NCBI GenBank assembly: GCA_965247535.1
Contig: OZ252018.1
Location: 437,046 to 501,045 of the forward strand
Direction of reading: 5' to 3'
Source: Dehalococcoidia bacterium
GTDB lineage: Bacteria; Chloroflexota; Dehalococcoidia; Lucifugimonadales; UBA2985
Length of the DNA stretch: 64,000 nt
Part shown: in pieces, positions 18,303-27,813 of the stretch
Numbering within the stretch: the stretch's first letter is position 1
Layout: each line of letters begins with the position of its first letter
The notes under the pieces: model-generated
Told to the model about the DNA's origin: nothing
Database searches by the model: none
What the model saw: only the letters and a program-made list of their open reading frames with translations
Position numbers and translations under genes: made by a program

Positions 18303-19208
18303 ATGAAGACCGGAAAGTTCGCGAGGATACTAGCAGCGCTTCGGGGTGATACGAGTCGCATTCTCATGTGCCCTCCGTACCATTTCGACGTCAGGTATGA
18401 GATCAACCCCTGGATGAACACGCGAGACAGGGTTGACCGCAAAGTGGCATTGAAGCAGTGGCGCGCCCTGTACCGCGTGCTGGCCGGCGAAGTCGGAGCG
18501 AAGGTGGAATTCGTCGTCCCTGTAGCCGGGCTTCCGGACTGCGTTTTCACGGCCAACGCTGGGCTGCTCGCGGGCAACACCTTCATAGCCTCCAGCTTCC
18601 GTCATGCCCAGAGGGCGCGGGAAGAGGGACACTGGCAGGCGTGGTTTGAGTCGAAGGGCTACAGGGTAGTCCGGCTGTCGCCGGAGTTGCGCTTTGAGGG
18701 GGAAGGCGACCTGCTCGCGGCCGGTGATCTGGTCCTGGCGGGCTACGGATTTCGGTCCGACCGTGAGGCGGTGGAATGCGCAGGCCGGCTGCTGCAGAAG
18801 GAGGTATTGGCGCTGGAGCTCGCCGACCCCTGGTTCTACCACCTCGACACCTGCGCGTGTCCACTCAACGACAGCACCATCCTCTACTATCCGGGGGCGT
18901 TCACGGCGGTCGGCCGCGCCCTGATTGAAGACCGCTTTGCCGATGCGATTCCGGTTCCGGAGCAGGAGGCCCGCCGCTTCGCCTGCAATTCCGTCGTTAT
19001 AGACCGCCACGTGGTGATGAACGAGAACTGCCCTGTGGCCGGGGCGGAGCTGCGAGCCAGGGGATTCGAGGTCCACGAGGTGGACGTCAGCGAGTTTCTC
19101 AAGGCGGGCGGCGGTCCGAAGTGCCTGGTCTTGATTCTGGATCGCGGAGCCATGCGAGAGAGCCGCAGCGACGCGGGCCTCGGGGTCAGACGGCAGCTCG
19201 CAGCCTGA
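18303..19208 (+). CDS. Amidinotransferase/DDAH-superfamily enzyme (guanidino-group modifying)
   Basis: MCPPYHFDVRYEINPWM at the N-terminus and GGGPKCLVL (Cys nucleophile) near the C-terminus. An alternative start is TTG 18288. Confidence 0.7.
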   Translation: MKTGKFARILAALRGDTSRILMCPPYHFDVRYEINPWMNTRDRVDRKVALKQWRALYRVLAGEVGAKVEFVVPVAGLPDCVFTANAGLLAGNTFIASSFRHAQRAREEGHWQAWFESKGYRVVRLSPELRFEGEGDLLAAGDLVLAGYGFRSDREAVECAGRLLQKEVLALELADPWFYHLDTCACPLNDSTILYYPGAFTAVGRALIEDRFADAIPVPEQEARRFACNSVVIDRHVVMNENCPVAGAELRARGFEVHEVDVSEFLKAGGGPKCLVLILDRGAMRESRSDAGLGVRRQLAA

Positions 19209-19253
19209 AGGCTCTAGAGGCCTGCGTTCCAGGTGAATGCGAAGTGCTTCTGC

Positions 19254-19385
19254 CTAGCTGCCGTTGCTCCCGCGCTTCCTGCGCTCCGACAGCCTGGCTA
19301 TGCCGAGCAGCGCTAGGTAGACGCCGCCTATCCCAAGGAAGAACAGCAGGGCAAGGAGCAGCAGGAAAACCGCTACGACGGACAT
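19254..19385 (-). CDS. 43-aa single-pass membrane peptide (below the ORF-track cutoff)
   Basis: AGGAGG lies 6 nt upstream of ATG 19385. The product is MSVVAVFLLLLALLFFLGIGGVYLALLGIARLSERRKRGSNGS. It sits directly after the EamA genes on the same strand. Confidence 0.4.
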   Translation of the reverse strand: MSVVAVFLLLLALLFFLGIGGVYLALLGIARLSERRKRGSNGS

Positions 19386-19395
19386 GGCCCGCCTC

Positions 19396-19875
19396 CTATG
19401 AACCGCTGCGGCTCAGCGTGATGATCACCACGCCCAGCACCACCAGCAGCGTGCCCAGTATAGTCCGCTTGGTGATGCGCTCAAGCCGCTGGAGAAAGAT
19501 ATGCGCCAGCGTTAGTGTAATCAGCGGGTTGATTGCCACAACCGGCGAGACAACCACCACAGGGGCCTTGCTCAGCGCGAAGTAGAGAAGCGTAACGCCG
19601 GCCGCCGAGGCGATGCCGGACAGGCCGAACCACAGGAAGCCCTGTTTCCGGCTGCCGCGAAGATCCGTGGGTATGTGCCGGTGGAACATCACGGATACGA
19701 ACGCCAGCCCGAACAGCAGCGCAAAGGCGGTACCCACGAGCGGAGGCGCGTACTCGGTGGTTACGTGCTTTCCAACCGTCTGTGATGCCCCGTAGGACAG
19801 GGCGGCGCCCATCGCAAAGCCGTAGCCGAGCCACAGGCGGCCGCTTCCGCGGATTCTCGACTGGATTGCCTTCAT
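19396..19875 (-). CDS. EamA-domain (DMT superfamily) half-transporter, second unit
   Basis: 159 aa starting at MKAIQSRIRG. It holds a single EamA-like repeat. ATG 19875 overlaps the upstream stop (ATGA). Confidence 0.7.
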   Translation of the reverse strand: MKAIQSRIRGSGRLWLGYGFAMGAALSYGASQTVGKHVTTEYAPPLVGTAFALLFGLAFVSVMFHRHIPTDLRGSRKQGFLWFGLSGIASAAGVTLLYFALSKAPVVVVSPVVAINPLITLTLAHIFLQRLERITKRTILGTLLVVLGVVIITLSRSGS

Positions 19876-20300
19876 CGCACCTGCTCGCTCGTAATCAGCG
19901 CTATGCCGCAAACGATGGTCACGGTGCCCACGATGATCCACGGCGTGACGGACTCGCCCAGGAATATGACGGCCAGTATGGTGGCGAAGAGGGGCGCAGT
20001 GCTGAACAGCGGCGTGGCGCGGGCCACGCCCGCCATCTGGATGCTCACGGCGTTGAAGAAGCGGCCGAGCGCAAAGTTGAACAGCCCGCTGAGCGCAAAC
20101 CACAGGAATGCAACTGCCGTCAGTGTGGGGAACACGTCCGGGTTGAACACCAGCGCCAGCGCCATCACCAGGACGGTGCCGGGAAGCAGCGATAGCCACG
20201 TGCCAGTGGTCGGGCGGATGTGCTGCAGTCCCAGCCGCACCAGAATGGCGCTAAAGCCCCAGCACGTGGCGGCCAAGAGGCCGAAGGCGATGCCTAGCAC
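19872..20300 (-). CDS. EamA-domain (DMT superfamily) half-transporter, first unit
   Basis: 142 aa with a single EamA-like repeat (LLAATCWGFSAILVRLG...). The stop is at 19872-19874. Confidence 0.7.
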   Translation of the reverse strand: MLGIAFGLLAATCWGFSAILVRLGLQHIRPTTGTWLSLLPGTVLVMALALVFNPDVFPTLTAVAFLWFALSGLFNFALGRFFNAVSIQMAGVARATPLFSTAPLFATILAVIFLGESVTPWIIVGTVTIVCGIALITSEQVR

Positions 20301-20336
20301 AGCGCGGCTCTCCGGATCAGGTCCGGCATGTCGAGC

Positions 20337-20777
20337 TTACGAAAGCCTCGTGAAGGCCCGCTTCTTTACGGACATGGTCACGAAGGTCTCGCTGCGCCGG
20401 ATTCCGTCGATTCTTCCTACCTTGCCAAGCAGGAATTTCTGGAGCTCCTCCGGCGAGGGCAGCGCCACCCATGCGAAGAGGTCAAAGGCGCCGGTGGTCA
20501 CGGCAACGTTCAGGGCCTCAGGAGCCTGGGACAGCTCCGCGGCCACGTACTCGATCTTGCTGGGGTCCACCTGCAGGCCGACTATGGCCTCCGTGTTGAA
20601 GCCCAGCTTGTTGGGCTCAGGAAGCGCCATCACCTGGATGGCTTCCTCTTCTATCAGCCGCTTGAGGCGGCGACGGATGGTGCCCTCGCTGACGCCCAAC
20701 TGGCGGGCGATCTTGGCGTTGGAAGCCCTGCCGTCTTGCTGGAGTATTCCGACAATCTTCTTATCCAATTCGTCCAT
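20337..20777 (-). CDS. Lrp/AsnC-family transcriptional regulator
   Basis: 146 aa from ATG 20777. It has an HTH (LDKKIVGILQQDGRASNAKIARQLGVSEGTIRRRL) and a RAM domain. It lies upstream of the EamA genes on the same strand. Confidence 0.9.
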   Translation of the reverse strand: MDELDKKIVGILQQDGRASNAKIARQLGVSEGTIRRRLKRLIEEEAIQVMALPEPNKLGFNTEAIVGLQVDPSKIEYVAAELSQAPEALNVAVTTGAFDLFAWVALPSPEELQKFLLGKVGRIDGIRRSETFVTMSVKKRAFTRLS

Positions 20778-20968
20778 GAACTCTTCTACCTCTTGTTGGA
20801 TTCTCACCCTATATCCTATATCACGGTACGAATTATGGCAATACCCGCGCGGCGAAATGGCGGGCGCGGCGCGCGAACGTCGTGAACAGCCTAGAACACT
20901 GAGACGCGCATCTGGACGCGGTGGCGCTGGGCAAGCAGATGCGCGAGAATTGGGGAGGAGGCACCCCA

Positions 20969-22590
20969 TGTTCTTGTTGCGATGCGTCAGTCTTATCATC
21001 GTCGTACTATCCGCTCTCGGTTGCGTCACGGTCAATAACGCGCCAGTCCAACCGGACGCATCGCCGACGGAGATCCTGACGCCGACGCCTGTGCCATCTC
21101 TAACTCCGGTCCCAACGCCCACTCCCTACCCCACCTCCACGCCATATTCGACCCCAACTCCCTATCCGACTAGTACATCTCGACCGACTCCTACCCGTAC
21201 TCCCACTCCCACCGCGATGCCCACGCCCGCAATCGACGGGATAAAGGCCTTGGGAGAACTGAGCGACATGATTACGAGGGTGCGCCCGGCGGTTGTGCTC
21301 ATAGATACTCCCGAAGGGCGTGGCTCCGGCGTCATCATCAAGGCGGAGAATGACACAGGGTATCTGGTTACGAATCACCATGTCATCGCGGGTTTCTCCA
21401 GCGTGACGGTCATTGTCAACGACCAAGAACGTTTCACCGGCCGTGTGGTGAAGTCGGCAGCGATGATTGACCTGGCCCTTGTCTCCATTTGTTGCGACCG
21501 CTTTACTGCACTGTCATTTGGGGATGAGTCAGACATTATTGCGGGCAAACAGGTGATCAACATGGGTTATCCGCACTCTTACGCGATCACTGGTGAAGCC
21601 ACAGCAACCACGGGTATAATCTCCGCTGTACGCTACGCAACGCACATGAACAGCAATGTCATCCAGACCGATGCTGCTATCAACCCCGGCAATAGCGGTG
21701 GTCCAATGCTCTCCGTGGATGGCCAGGTGCTGGGCATTAACACGTACAAATACGAAGAGACGCCGGACGGCAGGCCGCTGGATAACTTAGGCTTTGCAGT
21801 GTACGGCCCAACGGTGAGTGCCTGGGTTGGGAATCCTGACACAACCCGTCCTACGCCGACAGCTAGGCCGAGGGCTACAGCGACTACTGCTCCGACGGCT
21901 ACGCCGACAGCTAGGCCGAGGGCTACAGCGACTACTGCTCCGACGGCTACGCCGAGGGCTAGGCCCACAGCTACGCCAAGGCCTATAGCAACGCCAACCC
22001 CCATGCCTACAGTGCGCCCAACGGCTACGCTGGCTCCATGGGTGCTGCCATTCGGTCCTCTGAGCGGTGAGCTGAAGCATGACCCAACTGGCGACCAGGT
22101 TGTTTGGGTCGTGTCGGATTTTGATGTCGCGGACATTCACCTGTCGGTTAGGTTCCACAATCCATACTCTCCAGGTGTTGTGGGCACGGAGTGGTCGTAT
22201 GGCTTTGTAATTCGAGATAGCGAGGCCGGCAACGTGCGCGTTGTCATTCACAGCCGTGGAACTTGGGCGATAGGCCGCTATGTGTCTTCCACGGGGGAAT
22301 TCATCGATCTTGGAAGCGGTACCACATACTCTCGACTGAATGCCAACCTTGGCCAGTCGAATACTGTTGAGCTGATTGTAAAGGGGCGCAACGCAACGCT
22401 CTGGGTGAACGGATGGTTGCAGGCCGTCGATATAGACATGGGAGGTATTGAAAGCGGTCGTTTCGGTCCTGCGACAGGCTTGTACGTAGACACCGAAATT
22501 GCGGGGGCTTCAACGTGGTACGAGGACTACCTGGCACGGGAGCCTGTTTGTGAGACCATCCCGCCGCTGTCGTCTAAATGCGACAGATGA
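20969..22590 (+). CDS. Secreted lipoprotein: S1C serine protease paralogue with a TP-rich repeat linker and one copy of the uncharacterised C-terminal module
   Basis: ATG 20969 follows GGGGAGGAGG. Lipobox LSALGC. Triad segments TNHHVIAG, IDLALVSI, NPGNSGGPML. The C-terminus carries WSYGFVIRD...ATLWVNG. Confidence 0.85.
21853..21948 (+). repeat. Perfect 48-nt tandem duplication inside the protease linker
   Basis: acgccgacagctaggccgagggctacagcgactactgctccgacggct occurs twice, encoding TPTARPRATATTAPTA x2. A degenerate third copy follows. Confidence 0.85.
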
Positions 22591-22626
22591 TATCGATGAT
22601 AGATGGTGAAGGATGGGAGGTGGAAA

Positions 22627-23325
22627 ATGACAGAGACCGGCCCGCCAGAATTCACCGACGAGCAAGTGACCCAATTGGCCTCATTCGTTGCGGAACAATT
22701 GGAATCAGGGACTTCAAAGGAGTCTCTAGTCGATAGACTCGCAAGGGGTGGAGTGCAGTACCATGAAGCCGTGAGCTTCGTGGACGAGATCGACAGAATA
22801 CGGAGAACGCAGCGCCGGAACGGTGCACACAATAGCATCATTTGGGGAATCGTTATTCTTGCCGTTGCAGGAGCTATCACTGTAGGTAGTTACATAGCCG
22901 CAGCTCCTGGTGGCACTTACTTGATAACTTGGGGGGCAATGATCTGGGGCGGCATAAAGATTCTCACTGGTTTGGCTAACGCAAGCAACTTCTGGCGTGC
23001 TCTCGGCCTGGTAATGGCAGCGACTATGGTAGGCGCTAGCCTATTTGCCTTCCTGCAGTCGAACGACCAGTCCGCATATTGGAACACCATTGAGGTTGGT
23101 GATTGTCTTAGTGGTGAGGGACTTCCGACAGATTGCGACACACCTGGTTCTTACGTGGTGCTGCATGTCAAGAGATACCCGGATGATATAGCGTATCCCG
23201 GAACCGCAAGGTTCGAAGCAGACTCTACAGTATGCCCCGGGTCAACGCTCTATTTCTCGCCGACATTAGAATCATGGAACCAAGGTGATCGTTCGTTGCA
23301 ATGCGTGAGTTCGGCTAACCCATGA
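22627..23325 (+). CDS. Hypothetical membrane protein with a Cys-containing extracytoplasmic C-terminal domain
   Basis: ATG 22627 follows GGGAGGTGG; ATG 22603 is an alternative. Several hydrophobic helices are followed by a 4-Cys soluble tail. AT-richer than the backbone. Confidence 0.55.
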   Translation: MTETGPPEFTDEQVTQLASFVAEQLESGTSKESLVDRLARGGVQYHEAVSFVDEIDRIRRTQRRNGAHNSIIWGIVILAVAGAITVGSYIAAAPGGTYLITWGAMIWGGIKILTGLANASNFWRALGLVMAATMVGASLFAFLQSNDQSAYWNTIEVGDCLSGEGLPTDCDTPGSYVVLHVKRYPDDIAYPGTARFEADSTVCPGSTLYFSPTLESWNQGDRSLQCVSSANP

Positions 23326-23441
23326 AGGGTTCCATACTCCAGCACAGGGACGGCATAGCCTGCAAGAGTCTTCCAAACTAAGTCACTGCCAGCGATCTAG
23401 GGACGAGACAAGCTAGCAGCATCCGTGTACGCCTGTTAAGC

Positions 23442-23512
23442 GATTGGCCTCGGGCACCGAGGCCAATCGTGGCCTCTAGTGCCCCGGCGTCAATACGGCG
23501 TCGGGGCACTAG
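23442..23512. terminator. Two strong hairpins between convergent genes (possible bidirectional terminators; no clear U-tracts)
   Basis: GATTGGCCTCGG-gca-CCGAGGCCAATC (23442-23468). CTAGTGCCCCG...CGGGGCACTAG (23476-23512). Confidence 0.35.
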
Positions 23513-23580
23513 CATTGGGCGGCGTCGAGCATATTGGGGTCGGTGCGGGGAGCCCAGCCCGCGCTGCTGCCTCACCCCCC

Positions 23581-24474
23581 CTACTCCTCCCGCGTCATCA
23601 CGTTGCCTATCGTGCCAGTCTCGCCGCCGGCCTCGCTCCTCGCCGCGGCCATCGAGCCGGCCCTGTACACGAAACGCCCCCCCGGCTCCAGCTCCTCCAT
23701 GTACAGCACTTCCTCGTGGCCCGGGAACCTCACGACGAGCGCGAACCAGTACGTCCCCGGCACGATCACCTCGGCGTATCCCTGCGCGTCCGTGCGTGAC
23801 GTTGCCCCACCGACAAGCGTCACCTCCGCGTCCGGCACGGGGTTGCCGTCACCGTCCAGGACCCTGATCCAACACGGGCTGCCCTCGATTTCGGCGCCCG
23901 GAATCTTCACAACCACGTCCCGCTCGTACTCCCCGGAACGCCTCGGGGTCTTCCACTCCGGGCCGTACTTCAGGGCAAGGTACTCCTCCGGCGGGTTGGG
24001 AACGTTGAACCGCTCGCCCAGGAATTCGATCTGCTTGGGCTCTGTGAACATGACGGAAGGCAGGAGGACTCCGGGGTATGAGAAGACGTTCTCGCCCCGA
24101 ATGCGCAGCCACTCCAGGCTCAGCCTCACGCTGTCCTTCATTGTCATAAGCACAATTGAGTCCAAACCGTCCTGCCTCATTACGTGATAGCCGCCCTCCT
24201 GGAACGCATCGACGGTCGTATCGATGGATTCGTCGGTCATGCCGTTGACGCCAAGGACGGTCAGCAGGTCAATGTCGTCGTCCCAAGGGATGAAGGCGCC
24301 GTCCCTCGTAGCTCCCAGGCAGGAGCCGGAGCCCAGCATGAAGGCCACTCCAAGGCCGTCCAGGATGGTCTTTACGTGCTTCAGGTTGCGCTCAGCCGCC
24401 TCGTGGTCCATTGGCGGGTTGTACTTCAGGGTGTAGTCCAGGGCTGCTTGTTCGTTTCCAATTCCGGATTCCAC
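23581..24474 (-). CDS. LicD-family phosphotransferase with a C-terminal carboxypeptidase-regulatory-like beta domain
   Basis: GSCLGATRDGAFIPWDDDIDL matches the LicD motif. The C-terminus RVLDGDGNPVPDAEVTLVGGATSRTDAQGYAEV resembles the CarboxypepD_reg fold. Confidence 0.75.
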   Translation of the reverse strand: MESGIGNEQAALDYTLKYNPPMDHEAAERNLKHVKTILDGLGVAFMLGSGSCLGATRDGAFIPWDDDIDLLTVLGVNGMTDESIDTTVDAFQEGGYHVMRQDGLDSIVLMTMKDSVRLSLEWLRIRGENVFSYPGVLLPSVMFTEPKQIEFLGERFNVPNPPEEYLALKYGPEWKTPRRSGEYERDVVVKIPGAEIEGSPCWIRVLDGDGNPVPDAEVTLVGGATSRTDAQGYAEVIVPGTYWFALVVRFPGHEEVLYMEELEPGGRFVYRAGSMAAARSEAGGETGTIGNVMTREE

Positions 24475-24589
24475 GGTTTCCTCCTCTAGCTAACTTGGGT
24501 TGGCAAATTGGGCAAGGCTATAGTGTACCACGACAGCCTCGCAGCGTGCCCGCGGCGAAACTTCCGGCAGCACGGGAGAAGAGAGGCGC

Positions 24590-25222
24590 CTACTCCTGCC
24601 GCAGGGCGTCGCCGAGCGCCGCCAGCCACTCGCGCACCTCACCCCCCGACCTCAACACCACCACCTCCAGGTGCGCGTGCTCCGGCTGCTCCAGGGATTG
24701 CGGTATGCTGACGCGAAGCCTGCGAAAGGTGCCTGCCTGCCATCTGAACAGCGAGTCCGTGCTCAGAAACTGCGTCCTGAATGCCTCCCGGTTCCCGTTC
24801 CAAAGCTCCTCTCGCGTAAACACACGCTTCAGTGTGCGCCACAGGAGGCGCCACGAGACAACTCGATAGGGCAGGTTCAGCCACACAAGCATGGCCGCTC
24901 GAGGCCAGACCAGGTCGCGTACTGCGGAGTAGTTGCCGTCGACCACCCAGGCTTCGCCTGTCAGCGCATCGCGCACCCGCTGCCGGAAGACGTCCGTCTC
25001 AGCGGCGGTCCAGTCGGGTTCCCAGTTGAGGGCGTCAAGCTCGACGTGTGGGGCGTCGAGCAGCCGGGCAAGGCTACGAGCAACCGAGGTCTTGCCTGAA
25101 CCGGTGCAGCCCACCACCACTACGCGCGGCGCGCTCGCCAGGATATCGCGGTACTCGGCGGTGGTGTGTCCGGCGTGCAAGGCGTCGCCTGCCCTGCGGT
25201 CGTTGGATCCGGGAGGAGACAT
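24590..25222 (-). CDS. P-loop NTPase/kinase (adenylate-kinase-like, topology-modulation-protein-like)
   Basis: Walker A VVVVGCTGSGKTSVARSLA. About 210 aa from ATG 25222. Confidence 0.65.
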   Translation of the reverse strand: MSPPGSNDRRAGDALHAGHTTAEYRDILASAPRVVVVGCTGSGKTSVARSLARLLDAPHVELDALNWEPDWTAAETDVFRQRVRDALTGEAWVVDGNYSAVRDLVWPRAAMLVWLNLPYRVVSWRLLWRTLKRVFTREELWNGNREAFRTQFLSTDSLFRWQAGTFRRLRVSIPQSLEQPEHAHLEVVVLRSGGEVREWLAALGDALRQE

Positions 25223-25423
25223 GCGCCGATTATACGGCATCTCGCAGGGCCAACGGCAGCCCACGCGAACGGCTCTGAGCGCGGGCCCAACGCACGTCCG
25301 TGAGGCCATTCGTCACCTTGACACCCTCCCTGTCTGCGATTAATATCGACCAAGACCCCCAATCGTGGGGGTATGGATATTTCCGGGCCTTGGCGGCCCG
25401 GTCGGAAAGGAGGGTTTGGGACA

Positions 25424-26950
25424 ATGGATGCATTGATCATTGTCCTGGCCGTCCTGGCAGCCCTGGGGACAGGTGGAGCAGCCGGTTTCGTCTTGAGAGC
25501 CGTCATTCTGGGCAAGTCAACCAGTAATGCCGTTGCAGAGGCGTCCCGCATAGTAGAGGAGGCGGAGGAGGAGCGAAAGAGGGCCGTCCTTGAAGCCAAG
25601 GAGGAGGCCCTTACCCTTCGCACAGAGGCGGAGGCGGACCTGCGGGAGCGGCGGTCGGAGCTGCAGCGCCAGGAACGAAGGTTGAGCAACCGGGAAGAGA
25701 ACCTGGAGCGGCGCTCGGACAACCTGGATGAGAGGGAACGGAGCCAGGCGGCAGACGAGAAGCGGCTTGAGGAGGAGCATGCCAGGCTGGCGGACATGAA
25801 GCGGCAGGAGACCGAGATTCTGGAGAACCTAGCCTCCCTCTCAGTCAACGATGCCAGGGATCTTCTCATGCGAAAGGCTGAGGAGGAGATCCAGTACGAC
25901 GTGGCGCGTCGATACAGGGACGTAGAGCAGCTGGCCAAGGACGATGCCGACCAGAACGCCCGCAAGGTAATCACGCTTGCCATCCATCGCCTCGCCTCGG
26001 ACGTGGTGTCCGAGAACTCGGTTAAGGTCATCGGCCTGCCCAACGACGACATGAAGGGTCGCCTGATTGGGCGGGAGGGCCGGAACATCCGCGCCATCGA
26101 GGCCGCTACGGGTGTCGATCTCATTATCGACGACACGCCAGAGGCCGTGACCATCTCGTGTTTCGACCCGGTCCGGCGGGAGATTGCCAGGCAGGCCATC
26201 ACCAAGCTCATCTCGGACGGCAGGATCCACCCCGCACGCATAGAGGAGGTGGTGGAGAAGACCCGCCTGGAGGTGGAGGAGAACATTCGCGAGGAGGGGG
26301 AGCGGGCTGTCTTCGAAGCGAAGGCGCGTGGCATGAACCCTGAGCTGGTGAAGCTGCTGGGACGTCTCAAGTACCGCTTCAGCTACGGAGAGAACATCCT
26401 GCAGCATAGCGTGCAGGTGTCGCAGCTGTCGGCCATGCTGGCCGCGGAGATAGGCGCCAACATCGAGGTTGCCAAGCTCGGCGGGCTGCTGCACGACATC
26501 GGCAAGGCCCTCACCCACGAGGTGGAGGGCCCGCACGCCGAGATCGGCGCGGAGGTGGCCCGCAGGTTTGGAATACCGCACGAGGTGGAGCGCGCCATCA
26601 TGGAGCACCACGACGAGGAGCGCGGCTCCGTGGAGGCGTTCATCGTAGCCGCTGCGGATGCCATCAGCGCCGCCCGCCCCGGCTCTCGCCGGGACACGCT
26701 CGAGCACTACGCCAAGAGGCTGGAGGAGCTGGAGAAGGTTGCGCAGAGCTTCCCGGGCGTGGAGAAGAGCTACGCAATCCAGGCCGGCCGCGAGGTTAGA
26801 GTCCTGGTCAAGTCCGCGGAGATAGACGACGTGATGGCTTCCAAGCTGGCCAGGGACGTGGTGAAGAAGATAGAGGACACTCTGGTCTATCCCGGCCTCA
26901 TCAAAGTGACGGTGATACGTGAGACTCGCGCGGTGGAGGTCGCCCGCTAG
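25424..26950 (+). CDS. rny: Ribonuclease Y
   Basis: ATG 25424 follows GAAAGGAGGG. It has an N-terminal TM helix, a coiled coil, a KH domain (GREGRNIRAIEAATGVDLIIDD) and an HD domain (LLHDIGKA). Confidence 0.95.
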   Translation: MDALIIVLAVLAALGTGGAAGFVLRAVILGKSTSNAVAEASRIVEEAEEERKRAVLEAKEEALTLRTEAEADLRERRSELQRQERRLSNREENLERRSDNLDERERSQAADEKRLEEEHARLADMKRQETEILENLASLSVNDARDLLMRKAEEEIQYDVARRYRDVEQLAKDDADQNARKVITLAIHRLASDVVSENSVKVIGLPNDDMKGRLIGREGRNIRAIEAATGVDLIIDDTPEAVTISCFDPVRREIARQAITKLISDGRIHPARIEEVVEKTRLEVEENIREEGERAVFEAKARGMNPELVKLLGRLKYRFSYGENILQHSVQVSQLSAMLAAEIGANIEVAKLGGLLHDIGKALTHEVEGPHAEIGAEVARRFGIPHEVERAIMEHHDEERGSVEAFIVAAADAISAARPGSRRDTLEHYAKRLEELEKVAQSFPGVEKSYAIQAGREVRVLVKSAEIDDVMASKLARDVVKKIEDTLVYPGLIKVTVIRETRAVEVAR

Positions 26951-27043
26951 GGTACGTTTCTCCAGCCGCAACTCGGCCGTGGAGCGTACGCCCACTTCGC
27001 CACGGCGGTATGGCCGCTCGAAGGCCCGCCGGGGGGTGGTTGC

Positions 27044-27811
27044 TTGCGTGCATTGATGATCGGCGACGTTATCGGCAGGCCGGGAAGGCGGGCCGTGCAG
27101 GCTCTGCTTCCCGGCCTCCGGGATGAGTTCGCCATTGACTTGGTGGTGGCCAACGGCGAGAACGCTGCCGCGGGTTTCGGCCTCACTCTGGACACCGCTC
27201 ACGAGCTCTTCGATTCAGGCGTGGACGCGATCACGTCCGGCAACCACATCTGGGACCAGCGAGAGATCATACCTCACCTGGACTCCGATCTGCCCATCCT
27301 TAGGCCGCTCAACTACCCGCCAACCGCCCCCGGCAGAGGCAGCGTGGAGGTGAACGGCGTTGTGATTGTGAGCCTCATCGGCCGCGTGTTCGTGGGCAAC
27401 TACGACTGCCCGTTCCGAGCAATGGACGACTTCATGGGCACTCTCGGCGCGAGACGTCGCGTGGTGCTGGTGGACTTCCACGCCGAGACCACCTCTGAGA
27501 AGGCCGCGATGGGCTGGTACCTGGACGGCAGGGCCACCGCCGTGGTGGGGACTCATACCCACGTGGGCACCGTGGACACTAGGCTGCTCTCAAACGGCAC
27601 GGCCTTCGTGAGCGACCTTGGCATGGTGGGCCCGCGCCAGTCCGTCATCGGCAGCAACATTCAGGATGCCCTGGAGCGTTTCCTGCACCAGATGCCGCAC
27701 CGCCTGACGGTCGCCGCAGGGGCGGTACGGTTCAACTCGGTGCTGGTGGACATCGACGAGGAGACGGGCAGGGCGACGGCGATCGCACGCGTTGACAGGG
27801 AAGTGGGGTAG
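27044..27811 (+). CDS. ymdB: YmdB-type metallophosphoesterase (TIGR00282 family)
   Basis: MRALMIGDVIGRPGRRAV at the N-terminus, and conserved position directly after rny. Confidence 0.85.
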   Translation: MRALMIGDVIGRPGRRAVQALLPGLRDEFAIDLVVANGENAAAGFGLTLDTAHELFDSGVDAITSGNHIWDQREIIPHLDSDLPILRPLNYPPTAPGRGSVEVNGVVIVSLIGRVFVGNYDCPFRAMDDFMGTLGARRRVVLVDFHAETTSEKAAMGWYLDGRATAVVGTHTHVGTVDTRLLSNGTAFVSDLGMVGPRQSVIGSNIQDALERFLHQMPHRLTVAAGAVRFNSVLVDIDEETGRATAIARVDREVG

Positions 27812-27813
27812 CC

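Noticed and set aside
19903-20968. The 5' two-thirds of the 895-aa ORF 19903..22590.
   Set aside because: This part is antisense to the EamA and Lrp genes and has no protein-like features. The real protease gene starts at ATG 20969, which has a strong SD and a signal peptide.
15900-22020. CRISPR-like periodicity in Thr/Pro-rich regions (16100-16260, 21840-22000).
   Set aside because: These are in-frame coding tandem repeats without unique spacers, and they lie inside protease genes.
25120-27202. Minus-strand ORFs of 416 aa and 453 aa (25120..26370, 25841..27202).
   Set aside because: They are antisense shadows of rny in GC-rich DNA. Their translations are low-complexity Ser/Arg/Ala-rich, whereas rny has clear KH and HD domains.
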